The position numbers and the translations under genes are program-made. The notes under the pieces were generated by a model. The model did no database searches. It was not told the origin of the DNA and was given only the letters and a program-made list of their open reading frames with translations. Below are positions 30,418 to 39,712 of a stretch of DNA of 64,000 nt, piece after piece. The DNA lies in assembly GCA_022562155.1 (NCBI GenBank), contig JADFPV010000003.1:412-64411 (forward strand), in the 5' to 3' direction. Each line of letters begins with the position of its first letter. Position 1 is the stretch's first letter. Origin of the DNA: Chloroflexota bacterium (GTDB lineage Bacteria > Chloroflexota > Dehalococcoidia > DSTF01 > RBG-16-68-14).

Positions 30418-30493
30418 TGGAGCCCGCGAGGGGATTCGAACCCACTAACCTGTCGATTACAAATCGACTGCGCTACCATTGCGCCACGCGGGC
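30418..30493 (-). tRNA. tRNA-Thr (anticodon UGU)
   Basis: Acceptor GCCCGCG/CGCGGGC, anticodon stem GUCGA/UCGAC with loop UUUGUAA, T-loop GGUUCGAAUCC. Confidence 0.8.
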
Positions 30494-30516
30494 CCGCTTT
30501 CCCGTGTCTTAAGCCT

Positions 30517-30549
30517 AACAAAATTACGCCCCCGACACGTCGGGGCGTA
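30517..30549 (-). terminator. rho-independent terminator downstream of the amidohydrolase gene
   Basis: On the minus strand, the hairpin acgccccgac-gu-gucgggggcgu is followed by AAUUUUGUU. Confidence 0.55.
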
Positions 30550-30598
30550 CTATGAGTATATTGGGCGATTTCGCCTTAAGTCAAGACGCAAACTAGCT

Positions 30599-32125
30599 TC
30601 AGGGCACATCTGGCGCCACCTGCACGCCGCGTCGCCACACCCTTTTCGGCGAGGACGTTCGTAGCTCCTCTGACGACAGCATGAGCGCGTCGTCAGAGAG
30701 AAGCACCAGATCCGCGATAGCGCCAACGCTCAGAACGCCCCGCTCCTCTAGGAATGCCGCCCTGGCGGCGCCCCCCGTCCACCAGCGCAACGCGGTGAGA
30801 GTATCGACCGCCTCGTGAGCGCCCATCGCTGCGCCCGAAGCTGTCGCGCGGACCGTGGCGGCGGCTACGGCGGCAAGCGGTTCGGGCCTCGTCACCGGCG
30901 CATCGGAGCCGGCGGCAAGCTGCACTCCCGCCTCTGACAGCGTCCGGAACGCGTACAGCCGCCCAAGCTGAGATTCTGGCAGCAGCCGTCGATAGCGATC
31001 GCCTCGCTCACGCACGAACGAGGGCTGGCTCACAACAATGATACCCAGTTCGGCGATGCGCACCGCCATGCCCTCGGGCAGGACGCTACAGTGCTCGATG
31101 CGATGGCGGTGATCGGCTCGCGGCTGCTCTTGCAGAGCAGCTTCCAGCGCGTCGACAACGGCACGGACAGCGCCTTCGCCGACGGCGTGTATCGCGAGCT
31201 GTCGTCCCGCGACGTGGGCGATTTCGACGGCCTTGTTCATGGCCTCCACCTCATCGGCATCGGGTTCTATGTGTTCTAGCTCGTGCAGCATGACCTTCAC
31301 CGCGCCCCTGCGCAGCCGGCCGTCCACGGCGCTCTCCGGAAGCTCGCCCAGGTGTTCGGAGCCCTCCATCATGACGACGTCCAGCGGCAGCGAGCCGTCC
31401 TCCATGAGGCGCTCGAACAGCGCCCATTCGGAGGGCCCATTCGTGTGTGTCGCGTCTTGAATGGCCGTGATGCCCGCGTTCAGGAAGCAGCGAGAGGCCT
31501 CGCGCACCGCATCTGACAGCTCTTCGTAAGAGAGGTTGGGAACAGCCTGATCGACGAGGCGCTCCATTCCGATCAGAACGCCGCTTGGCTCGCCGGTATT
31601 GAGGTCGCGCTCGATAACGCCGCCAGGAGGTTCCTCGGTGCTGCTATCTATCCCCGCCAGACGGAGCGCGTGGGTGTTGAGCACGCGCGCGTGACCGCTG
31701 CCGTGGACAAGGCGCACAGGGTGCTCCGTCGTGGCAGCGTCTAGGTCCTTCGCGGTCGGATGCCGCGTCTCAGCAAGCCGTGTCTCTTCGTAGCCGAAGG
31801 CGCGGATCCAGCTTCCGGGTGGTGTCTCTGTAGCACGCCGCCTGATTGCGTCTTGGATCTCCTTAATCGATCGCGCCCCTGTACAATCGACCGAGCGCAG
31901 GCTCGCCGCGAACGACAGCAGGTGGCAATGGGCGTCGATGAAGGCGGGCAGGAGCACGCCGCCCGCGCAATCGATCCGGTCGGCGTCGGACCCAGCGCTG
32001 TTCGCGGCCACCTCGGCGGAACCGACGGCCACAATACGCCCACCGCGAACGGCGACGGCCTCGGCTTCCGAGCCGCGCTCGTCCATCGTCAGCACTCGGG
32101 CGTTGTGGAAAAGCTGTGAGGTCAT
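30599..32125 (-). CDS. amidohydrolase-family (Amidohydro_3-like) metal-dependent hydrolase
   Basis: FIDAHCHLLS metal-binding HxH motif and later His/Asp ligands. 508 aa. Confidence 0.7.
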   Translation of the reverse strand: MTSQLFHNARVLTMDERGSEAEAVAVRGGRIVAVGSAEVAANSAGSDADRIDCAGGVLLPAFIDAHCHLLSFAASLRSVDCTGARSIKEIQDAIRRRATETPPGSWIRAFGYEETRLAETRHPTAKDLDAATTEHPVRLVHGSGHARVLNTHALRLAGIDSSTEEPPGGVIERDLNTGEPSGVLIGMERLVDQAVPNLSYEELSDAVREASRCFLNAGITAIQDATHTNGPSEWALFERLMEDGSLPLDVVMMEGSEHLGELPESAVDGRLRRGAVKVMLHELEHIEPDADEVEAMNKAVEIAHVAGRQLAIHAVGEGAVRAVVDALEAALQEQPRADHRHRIEHCSVLPEGMAVRIAELGIIVVSQPSFVRERGDRYRRLLPESQLGRLYAFRTLSEAGVQLAAGSDAPVTRPEPLAAVAAATVRATASGAAMGAHEAVDTLTALRWWTGGAARAAFLEERGVLSVGAIADLVLLSDDALMLSSEELRTSSPKRVWRRGVQVAPDVP

Positions 32126-32236
32126 CGAAAACTAGAAGCGACCGTCCCCATTAAAGGACGGTCGCCGATTTCATCTTGAGCGCACACGCGAACGCGAAGC
32201 GTTCGCGAATAGCCTCCCGCCTCCGGCGGGAGGCAC

Positions 32237-32380
32237 TCAGTCCGCGGAAGGCAGGACCTTCGGCTGCATAAGCTGCATCGACACGCCGCAGCACTGCACT
32301 TCGCCGTCGCCCGGCTTGATGCAAAGTACTTCCGACGCGCACGTCTCACACTGAAATCGCTTGCCTAGCTGATTGGCCAT
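32237..32380 (-). CDS. desulforedoxin-like small metal-binding protein (47 aa)
   Basis: Manual translation: MANQLGKRFQCETCASEVLCIKPGDGEVQCCGVSMQLMQPKVLPSAD. CxxC...CC spacing typical of desulforedoxin/Dx-like domains. RBS gagagggg upstream. Below the ORF-track size cutoff. Confidence 0.5.
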   Translation of the reverse strand: MANQLGKRFQCETCASEVLCIKPGDGEVQCCGVSMQLMQPKVLPSAD

Positions 32381-32398
32381 TGAACCTACCCCTCTCAG

Positions 32399-32518
32399 CT
32401 ACTTCTTCTGTTCCATCGGCTGGTCGCAGCACGAGAGGTCGCCGTCGCCACCCTTGGTGACGATCATCTCCGTGTTGCACTTGCTGCACTGGTACCGCTT
32501 GCCTGCTTGGTTCGCCAC
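32399..32518 (-). CDS. desulforedoxin-like small metal-binding protein (39 aa, GTG start), tandem paralog
   Basis: Manual translation: (M)ANQAGKRYQCSKCNTEMIVTKGGDGDLSCCDQPMEQKK. Same CxxC...CC pattern. GGGAG lies 7 nt upstream of the GTG. Confidence 0.5.
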   Translation of the reverse strand: MANQAGKRYQCSKCNTEMIVTKGGDGDLSCCDQPMEQKK

Positions 32519-32629
32519 GATCTCACTCCCTAGCGATTAGAATTCGTATCTACATGCCATAAGGCTGGCAGGTGCTTGAGTCTAGCCAAGAGGATTGCGA
32601 CGGGTCAAGTAGAATCCGTGCCGATGGAC

Positions 32630-34723
32630 CTACGGGCCAGTCACCTCGAAGGCCGTGTACATGCCTAGTCCGTAGTGAGTTGGCACGTTGCAGAACAGCA
32701 CGTACGTACCGGGAGCTAGGTCGGAACTGACAACCCTTTCATCACCGGAGGCCAGTGCGTCCGCAAAGCCGCCGACTTCGTCGAACTGGCTCTCATCAAC
32801 GGTCTGGCCGTCGACTGGGAGCGCATCCGGCGCCAGACCCGTAGCGACGTAGCGGAAGTTGTGGACGGTCGTGCCGTCGTTGTTCACCGTGAAGTCGATC
32901 GGCTCGCCGGTTGCGACAATGGGGTCTGCGATAACTTCGAACTCAACGAGCGACACGCCGACCTGCTCGGCGTCATCCCGCGGCGTGGCAACTGGCCCGT
33001 CAACGGGACCTGACACTAGCGGCGGGTTCTGGCCGCAAGTGGCGCCCGTTACTGTCGGAGCGTTCGGCGGCGCGGGGTGGTCGAGCACGAGCGTGCCGTT
33101 CTCGTGTCCTTCCGGGTCAGTGCCCAAGACGCCTCGTTCCACAATGACGACCTGGCCCAGGAAGAGCTCCGAGTTCTTGGCATGGTCCTCCACCGTCGTG
33201 GCACCTACTTCACGCTCGACTTCGAGGACATCGAAGAAGAGGCTAGTGCCGGTCTCGTGGGAGGCCGCGGACGTTCCCAGTACGCCACGCTCCACCTCGA
33301 GGAGGTTGCCCTCGAAGATCGACACGCGTCGCGAGTGTTCGCCGCGGTCCGTGCCGCCGACGCCGCGCTCGACCCGCAGGACCGCGGGCTGCGTCTCTGT
33401 CACGCGCACCAGCTCGTTCCCTATCTGGTACGTCTGGCCGGCCGAGATGCCGACGATGCCGCTCACGACGATCGTTGTCGCGTTCGCGCTGAGCGCTTCG
33501 ATCAACGTTTGGCCGGTGTCAGGATCTTCAAGCTCGACGCCTTCGTCCAGCTCTTCGTCTGATAGTGGTTCAAGAAGTTCTAGTATCTGAGTGTTGGACG
33601 TGTGCGTGGCCGCCGTGGTGGAACTGCCTTCCAAGTCGGGCGAGCCGCGTTCGATTGTGATCGTAGCGGGCTCCATGCTGAGCACTTCCAGCAGCTCTTC
33701 GCCCATGCGAATCTGCATGCCTACCTCGATGCCCGCGGTGCCCGTTACCGAGATCGTCGTTTGGGCTCGCCCGATCACGATCGCTAGTAATTGGCCGGTC
33801 TTGACGGGGCCAACGATCTCGATCTGTTCGTTGCCGGCGCGGACAACGATGCCAGCGCTGAAGAACGCCGGGTCGTCCAAAGAGATTACGGCAGCGCCCG
33901 ATCCTGTTGAAGCATCCAGTGCGATGTCAAAGTCGCCGTCCTCACGGATGCCGCTCACTTCGAGTAGCTCTGCGCCAAGACGAATGATGTCACCGATCTC
34001 GATGCCGTCGCTGCTGGTGACGAACAGTTCGTCCGGCGTCCGGCCGATTTCTTCGATGAGTCGCTGGCCGGTCGTGGGGATGTCGACGATCCGCATTCGC
34101 TCACCGTCGATGCGGATGAACTGATCGACTGCAAGCGGCGCGGCGTTGCTGACCGTGATGTCTGTCTCAGATGAGCTGAGCGAGCCGCCCGGCATCTGGA
34201 GCGTCGAGTGCTCCGTCGTTTCGGCATCGATCTCGTCAGCGTGATCCTGCGCCTCTTCCCAGAAGCCACCCTCCTGGTACGGATCAGCTCCTAAATCACC
34301 ACCGGTAATCAAGACGGCCAGCTGACGGACCTGTTCTTCGCTAAGCGTGCCGCCGTGAACGCGGCCCCAGGTCGGCATGAACGTGCCGGCTCGGCCACAC
34401 GTGATGACGTTCGTGACCATATTGAACTGTTCATTGAAGGCGGCGACGTTGAACACGCCCTTATCGATACCCTGCAGTTCCGGCCGGTCGAGGACCGGCG
34501 CAGCCGGGAGACGCCCGCCCATAACGCCGCCCTCGCCGCGGTCGCCGTGGCAGAGGCGGCAGTTCAGCGCGAACGTCGTGCCCGCGCGGTAGGCCGACAT
34601 CGCTAGCTGGTCATCTTCCGCCGTGTCCGCGCGGAAGGGATCGAACAGCGCGTAGGCCCCGACCGAGATCACGGTCAAGAGAAGGACGACGACCATGGCG
34701 TTAATTTGCTTGCCGGTGTCCAT
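32630..34723 (-). CDS. membrane-anchored monoheme cytochrome c fused to a C-terminal cupredoxin (type-1 copper) domain, with a long internally repetitive middle region
   Basis: N-terminal TM segment. Single CRLCHG heme-binding motif. C-terminal HNF....FCNVPTHYGLGM His/Cys/His/Met cupredoxin ligand pattern. Degenerate repeats of the type GIE(I/V)G..IR(L/M)G.ELLEV and VERGVLGT..H. Confidence 0.6.
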   Translation of the reverse strand: MDTGKQINAMVVVLLLTVISVGAYALFDPFRADTAEDDQLAMSAYRAGTTFALNCRLCHGDRGEGGVMGGRLPAAPVLDRPELQGIDKGVFNVAAFNEQFNMVTNVITCGRAGTFMPTWGRVHGGTLSEEQVRQLAVLITGGDLGADPYQEGGFWEEAQDHADEIDAETTEHSTLQMPGGSLSSSETDITVSNAAPLAVDQFIRIDGERMRIVDIPTTGQRLIEEIGRTPDELFVTSSDGIEIGDIIRLGAELLEVSGIREDGDFDIALDASTGSGAAVISLDDPAFFSAGIVVRAGNEQIEIVGPVKTGQLLAIVIGRAQTTISVTGTAGIEVGMQIRMGEELLEVLSMEPATITIERGSPDLEGSSTTAATHTSNTQILELLEPLSDEELDEGVELEDPDTGQTLIEALSANATTIVVSGIVGISAGQTYQIGNELVRVTETQPAVLRVERGVGGTDRGEHSRRVSIFEGNLLEVERGVLGTSAASHETGTSLFFDVLEVEREVGATTVEDHAKNSELFLGQVVIVERGVLGTDPEGHENGTLVLDHPAPPNAPTVTGATCGQNPPLVSGPVDGPVATPRDDAEQVGVSLVEFEVIADPIVATGEPIDFTVNNDGTTVHNFRYVATGLAPDALPVDGQTVDESQFDEVGGFADALASGDERVVSSDLAPGTYVLFCNVPTHYGLGMYTAFEVTGP

Positions 34724-34756
34724 CCGTCTCCTTACAGGACTCTCATGCAGCGACGC

Positions 34757-35497
34757 CTAGAGGCGTACTGCTCTATCCGGGTTATCCGGCGCGCCGTCTG
34801 TGGTGCTGCCAGTGTTGACCGAGACGCGGCCGTCGGAGCCGATCGTTAGGTCCATTGTGTCCAATGAACGCGGCGCCGGACCGAAGACGCGGATGCCGGC
34901 GTCGGTATACGTCGAGCCGTGGCAAGGACAGCGGAACCAGCCTTTCTTGTCTGCGCCCGTCGTCGGGTCCGGCCAGATGAAGTTCGGCTTCCAGGGGACG
35001 GTGCAGCCCAGGTGAGGACACTTCCACCAGAGCGCGAGCAGGCCCGGGCCGCCCTGCTCTTCGGTCAAGTTGACGAGCCAGAAGCGGCCTGCGGGAATCT
35101 GCACCTTCTGCCCAGGAGCCGGGACGGCGGCGGCGCCAACGGAGACCGTGCCGCCGAAGCCGGCAACGCCCCGCGGGTAGACAAAGTCGACAAAGCCGGC
35201 GCCCGCAGCGGCAAGTATGGCGCCCATGCCGCTCCAGAAGCCTAGCTGCAGAACGCGCCGCCGCGACACAATAGCCGTGCCCGGCACCCTTTTGGGTTGG
35301 ACGACCGCGGTTGATGGGCCACCAGGCTTGGCAGGTTCCTTCTCTTTCTTGGCTGGCTTTGCGGCCTTGGCTTGAGGAGCGTCGGCAGGGGCGGCGGGTT
35401 GCTCCTTCGCTTCGCCTTCAGGCGCCGCGCCTGTTGCCTCACCGCCTTGCGGCGCCGTCTCCTCAGGAGTTTCTTCGGTCTTTTCTTGTTCCGTCAT
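34757..35497 (-). CDS. Rieske [2Fe-2S] iron-sulfur subunit of a cytochrome bc-type complex (Ala/Pro/Glu-rich N-terminus)
   Basis: CPHLGC ... CPCHGS Rieske boxes. TM anchor. Confidence 0.8.
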   Translation of the reverse strand: MTEQEKTEETPEETAPQGGEATGAAPEGEAKEQPAAPADAPQAKAAKPAKKEKEPAKPGGPSTAVVQPKRVPGTAIVSRRRVLQLGFWSGMGAILAAAGAGFVDFVYPRGVAGFGGTVSVGAAAVPAPGQKVQIPAGRFWLVNLTEEQGGPGLLALWWKCPHLGCTVPWKPNFIWPDPTTGADKKGWFRCPCHGSTYTDAGIRVFGPAPRSLDTMDLTIGSDGRVSVNTGSTTDGAPDNPDRAVRL

Positions 35498-35500
35498 GTC

Positions 35501-36487
35501 TTAGTCGATATGGGGTACGTCCCAGGGCATGACCAAGTCCTGCCCCGCTCCGCGGAACCCCGCTCCGATGATGGTCAGAATGAAGTAGACGGCCATCATC
35601 CCTGTAAAGATACCGATCGATCCGTCGCGCATGGTGTGTATCCACCCCAACTTGCGCATCATCAGGATCATGATCACAGGCAATATCACCATAATGGCGA
35701 CCGGGATGAACAGCTCAACGACAAACGCGGGCGTGTTCATATTCAGGTCATACCAGTACATCGCCTGCATCCAGGCGGGTAAGAAGGTTGGCGGACCCCA
35801 ACGCATCCAGTCCGGCCCGCTGGTGCCGTTGAACGGCATGGGGACATGCGTAAAGTCGTCGGGCCAGTTCAGCTCGCCGTCATGCTCGCCCGGGCCCAAC
35901 TGCGCTGACACAGGCACGGGGATGCTCCATTCCCATCCGGTCTGGATCGAGCGCACGTTCTGGAACGGTGCGAGCTTGCCCGGCCACTGCCAGTCCTTAT
36001 CGCTCCGCTGCACGACGTTCGTGATGACGTTCACGTGGCGGCCCTGGTCGTACAGGATCAAGGCAACCGTGAAGATCGATGCGAACGCCCCGGAGAACAG
36101 AATGATCTTGACAGCGTTCGGCGTGCCGAACCAAGTGCCTTGGCCATCGTTCGACCTATCGATGTACGGGAAGGCTCCGATAATGGCTAGCCCGATGGTT
36201 GGAGCGATGACGCCACCAAGGGCCGGGTGCATGTGGAGCAGCAGCTCCTGAAGCGCCACCAGGTACCAGGCGGCCTTCGACGGGTTTGGCGTGATATCCA
36301 GGTTGGCCTGGTTGAGCAGCGGCGCGTCGAGCATGGTCGAGAGCAGGACGAACATGAACGTGAAGACCATGGCCGCGATGAATTCGACGAAGACGAGGTC
36401 TGGCCAAACGAGTAGCTCTTGCTCTCGCTCACGCCGAGGTCGTGTCGCGGACGCTTCGCTAGATACCGCCTGCGCGTTTACGGCCAT
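35501..36487 (-). CDS. cytochrome bc complex subunit IV-like (cytochrome b C-terminal half homolog) membrane protein
   Basis: Multi-TM protein directly downstream of the b6-like gene. PEWY-region-like segment (WPGKLAPFQNVRS...). Confidence 0.65.
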   Translation of the reverse strand: MAVNAQAVSSEASATRPRREREQELLVWPDLVFVEFIAAMVFTFMFVLLSTMLDAPLLNQANLDITPNPSKAAWYLVALQELLLHMHPALGGVIAPTIGLAIIGAFPYIDRSNDGQGTWFGTPNAVKIILFSGAFASIFTVALILYDQGRHVNVITNVVQRSDKDWQWPGKLAPFQNVRSIQTGWEWSIPVPVSAQLGPGEHDGELNWPDDFTHVPMPFNGTSGPDWMRWGPPTFLPAWMQAMYWYDLNMNTPAFVVELFIPVAIMVILPVIMILMMRKLGWIHTMRDGSIGIFTGMMAVYFILTIIGAGFRGAGQDLVMPWDVPHID

Positions 36488-36490
36488 CGA

Positions 36491-37246
36491 TCACAGAGGC
36501 CGTGCGAGGCCGCCGTCGCGCCTAATGCGCCAGAAGTGGACGGCCATGAAAATGGCTGCAATCAGTGGTAGTCCAATGACGTGAAGCGTGTAGAACCTGA
36601 TCAGCGCAGCGTCGCCTACCTCGAAGCCGCCGAGGAGCAATAACTGCTGCTGCTGGCCCATGACGGGCACGGTGCCGGCCATGTTCATCCCCACGGTGAC
36701 CGCCCAGATAGAGAGCTGATCCCACGGTAACAAATAGCCGGTAAAGCTGAGCGCAAGCGTCAGCGTGAGCAGGATGACGCCTACGAGCCAGTTGAACTCG
36801 CGCGGGGGCTTGTATGAGCCTGTGTAAAAGACGCGCATCATATGCAGGAAGACCGAGATCACCATGCCGTGCGCCATCCAGCGATGGAGGTTCCGCATCA
36901 GCATGCCGAAGCGGATGTTCGTCTCCAGCGCGGCCACGTCCTGAAACGCTCGGTCAGCCGCCGGCACGTAGTAGAACATGAGCATCACGCCCGTGACCGT
37001 CAGGCTTAGGAAGAAGAAGAACGTGATGCCGCCCAGGCAGTACGTGTGTGTGATGCGGACGTGCGTTTTGTGGAGTCGTGTCGGGTGGAGATGGAGAAAG
37101 ACGTTCGTCGCGACGACAAGCATCTGGTTGCGCGGCGTGCTCGGGTAGCCCGAACGGAAGATTGAACGCCAGATGTAGTTATGAAATAGTTTTTCGGACA
37201 GCCAGTTCGTTAGTCCTGGGCCAGGTGGTTGTTCAGAGACTGCCAT
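36491..37246 (-). CDS. cytochrome b6-like (split N-terminal cytochrome b) subunit
   Basis: YCLGGITFFFFLSLTVTGVMLMFYY matches the b6 heme-ligand helix region. His ligands in helices B and D. Confidence 0.8.
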   Translation of the reverse strand: MAVSEQPPGPGLTNWLSEKLFHNYIWRSIFRSGYPSTPRNQMLVVATNVFLHLHPTRLHKTHVRITHTYCLGGITFFFFLSLTVTGVMLMFYYVPAADRAFQDVAALETNIRFGMLMRNLHRWMAHGMVISVFLHMMRVFYTGSYKPPREFNWLVGVILLTLTLALSFTGYLLPWDQLSIWAVTVGMNMAGTVPVMGQQQQLLLLGGFEVGDAALIRFYTLHVIGLPLIAAIFMAVHFWRIRRDGGLARPL

Positions 37247-37267
37247 GGCTACCCCTGTGGATACGGG

Positions 37268-37393
37268 CTAGCGAGCCCACCACTGTCCCAGTACAAGCAG
37301 GATGGCGAACGCGATCATCATCGTTATGAACGCCCCCAGGAACTCGACGAAGTCAGGAGCCAGGAAGCCAACATCCCCAACGTCCCAGGGCAT
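37268..37393 (-). CDS. 41-aa single-TM protein at the head of the bc operon (manual)
   Basis: MPWDVGDVGFLAPDFVEFLGAFITMMIAFAILLVLGQWWAR. Position analogous to small PetG/PetN-like subunits. Not in the ORF track. Confidence 0.3.
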   Translation of the reverse strand: MPWDVGDVGFLAPDFVEFLGAFITMMIAFAILLVLGQWWAR

Positions 37394-37527
37394 ACAGTCA
37401 CCTCGCTACGCTACTGCTACTCAGATTCGAGCAGAACTCGCGTCACATCGGATTGTGAAGCTATTTACAAGCGTTAGCCTAGCATCGAGTTCGCCTATTG
37501 TCAAGAATATTTAGATAGGGATCAGAC

Positions 37528-38931
37528 GTGGTGGTGTGCTACGCTACGCACACTATGGCGGCCCAACGTGACTCCGATGGCAGACGGTTAGCAGGGCCGC
37601 GAAACGAGTGGGCGTCAGGCTGGAAAAATCCACGGATGATGAGGTGTTCAACACGCGGCCTGCTCGTTCTTCTCGCGTTGCTGGTTACGGCTACGGCGTG
37701 TGCTGGCAGTCGTGGGGATGATGGCGATGGCAGCTCGATGCTCTCAGGGGCCGTGTATATAGATACGTCTGGGAGCCTAGTCCGGGTTGACCTTGCCCGG
37801 CAGACGGCCTCCGAGGTCTACCGCTTCGAAGCGAGGCTCCTTCGCCAGAATGTTGTTTCCATTGAAGATCGCCTGATCTATGTGGACGTCGTTTCCTCTG
37901 GTGACGTGTTGGTACCCGTACTGCACGTCCTTGAGCGTGACACCGGTATCGAGCAGGCTCCCATTACGCTCGACCCGGTGCAAGGCGTATCTACGACAGG
38001 TAGCGCTGGCGAACTTCTGTTTCTCTCGCCCGGTAACCGCATCCACGTCTGGCACCTGCCACAACCCGGGTTGGTTGCAGTGGGCATCGCCGTGACGCAC
38101 GATGGATCGACATCATACAGGCTGGATCTCATCGACGCGCGGGACCTCTCAATCATCCGGTCGGTTGACCTGGGTGAGATGCCAGAGCGGCTAGGCGACA
38201 TCAGCATGGCGATCGATTCGAGCGGCAACGCGGCGGTTCTCCTCGGCACTAGCCGAATGAACAAGATGCTCGTCAGTTCTGGTAGCCTGTCGGAATTTCT
38301 ACCGGGCGGCGATCTAGCCGGCTGCGTGCGCGGTGCGTCCAGCACACCCAAGGCTCTACGGCGTTATTTTCTGTGTCGAAAGTCAGAGCCTGTCCTGAGC
38401 ACATCGATCGTAGTCGTCACCGCCGAGAATGAAGCAGAGTGGCGTCAGCTGCCTGGGGAGTTCGAGGACCCTTTATTCGGCGTCGTGGATGCCGGCAGCT
38501 CGGTGTTCGTTGGAAACGTGTTGAAAGCGACCGTTGTCGAATTTGATCTGGTCTCTCAACAGGTTGTGGCTGAACGGCAAGTATCTCGAAAGGGAGGCCC
38601 GCCGTTGCTGGGGCATCTGAGGGACATCTTTCTGGGGGGCAAGGCCGTGGCGCTCGGGGTGGTACGGCGGCCTATTGCCGTTTCCCCGGACGGAGAGCGC
38701 GTCTACTTCACAGACGCCACAAGAGTGTACTGTCTCCAGGCCCAGAACCTGGAAACTATCGGCGATGCGGAGTTCGAGTCCGTACGTTCGCTCGCGAGCT
38801 GGAACGATGATAAGTTCTTAGCTGCTGGCGAAACAACGCTCCACGTGCTGGACGCAACATGCAAGCTTGAAGCTTCGATCGAAATTCCCTTCGATACCCG
38901 TGGACCACCTCAGGAGGTGTTCGCTCCGTGA
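37528..38931 (+). CDS. hypothetical secreted lipoprotein (probable start at 37636)
   Basis: MMRCSTRGLLVLLALLVTATACAG signal peptide with lipobox Cys. Beta-rich repetitive body. Confidence 0.5.
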   Translation: MVVCYATHTMAAQRDSDGRRLAGPRNEWASGWKNPRMMRCSTRGLLVLLALLVTATACAGSRGDDGDGSSMLSGAVYIDTSGSLVRVDLARQTASEVYRFEARLLRQNVVSIEDRLIYVDVVSSGDVLVPVLHVLERDTGIEQAPITLDPVQGVSTTGSAGELLFLSPGNRIHVWHLPQPGLVAVGIAVTHDGSTSYRLDLIDARDLSIIRSVDLGEMPERLGDISMAIDSSGNAAVLLGTSRMNKMLVSSGSLSEFLPGGDLAGCVRGASSTPKALRRYFLCRKSEPVLSTSIVVVTAENEAEWRQLPGEFEDPLFGVVDAGSSVFVGNVLKATVVEFDLVSQQVVAERQVSRKGGPPLLGHLRDIFLGGKAVALGVVRRPIAVSPDGERVYFTDATRVYCLQAQNLETIGDAEFESVRSLASWNDDKFLAAGETTLHVLDATCKLEASIEIPFDTRGPPQEVFAP

Positions 38932-38977
38932 CGGCCGGAACGCCGAACCTTGGCAGAGTAGGGACGGCTGCCGGAGG

Positions 38978-39700
38978 CTAGCCTTCGCGTTGAGGGATGC
39001 GCTTGAGACGCATTCGGAGCAGGCCGGCGAGGTCTTCCAGGATGGTCTTGAGGACGTTGACACGCGTGTCAGTGTCCTCTATCCAACGGATCGGGATGTC
39101 TTTCACGCGATAGCCGCCCTTATCGGCGAGGAGGAGTAGCTCGGTGTCGAAAAACCACTCCTCGTTCTCGATACGCGGGATCAGGTCCCGGGCCGCCTGG
39201 CGTGAGATCGCCTTGAAGCCGCACTGCGTGTCGGAGAGCCCCGTCAGAAAGAGCAGCTTGATGAGGAAGATGAAGCCGCGGGACGTGATCTCACGCCCGA
39301 TCGAGCGCTCAATCTGCGAGCCCTTCGTCATACGCGAGCCGGTCGAAACGTCGTAGCCCTCTTCGAGCACCGCTCTGGCGAGCGGCAGCAGACCATCGAG
39401 ATGCGTCGACAAGTCGATGTCCATGAAGCAGGCGGCGTCGGCATCGCTCTCCAGCCAGGCTTTGCGCAGGGCCCGGCCGCGGCCCTTCCGCGGCAGGTGG
39501 ATGACGCTTACGTCTTCGAATTGGCCTGACAACGCTTCTCCCGCAGCGAGCGTGCCGTCGGTCGAGGCGTTGTCGGCGATGACGATGCGCCACGTATACC
39601 GGAACTCGTTCTCCTCCAGGTAGGCGCGTAGCTTCGCAACGCTGTCCGCCAGGACGTGCTCTTCGTTGTACACGGGGAGGATGATGTCGAGCTGCGGCAT
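38978..39700 (-). CDS. family-2 glycosyltransferase (polyprenol-phosphate mannosyl/glucosyl-transferase-like)
   Basis: ILPVYNEE ... IADNASTDGT ... DIDLS ... QCGFKAI GT2 motifs. Confidence 0.8.
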   Translation of the reverse strand: MPQLDIILPVYNEEHVLADSVAKLRAYLEENEFRYTWRIVIADNASTDGTLAAGEALSGQFEDVSVIHLPRKGRGRALRKAWLESDADAACFMDIDLSTHLDGLLPLARAVLEEGYDVSTGSRMTKGSQIERSIGREITSRGFIFLIKLLFLTGLSDTQCGFKAISRQAARDLIPRIENEEWFFDTELLLLADKGGYRVKDIPIRWIEDTDTRVNVLKTILEDLAGLLRMRLKRIPQREG

Positions 39701-39712
39701 CGGCAGCGAAAC

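Noticed and set aside
32151-32349. 63-aa and 75-aa minus-strand ORFs (32151-32342, 32122-32349) from the ORF track
   Set aside because: A different frame from the convincing Dx-like mini-gene occupying the same DNA. Arg-rich, with no motifs.
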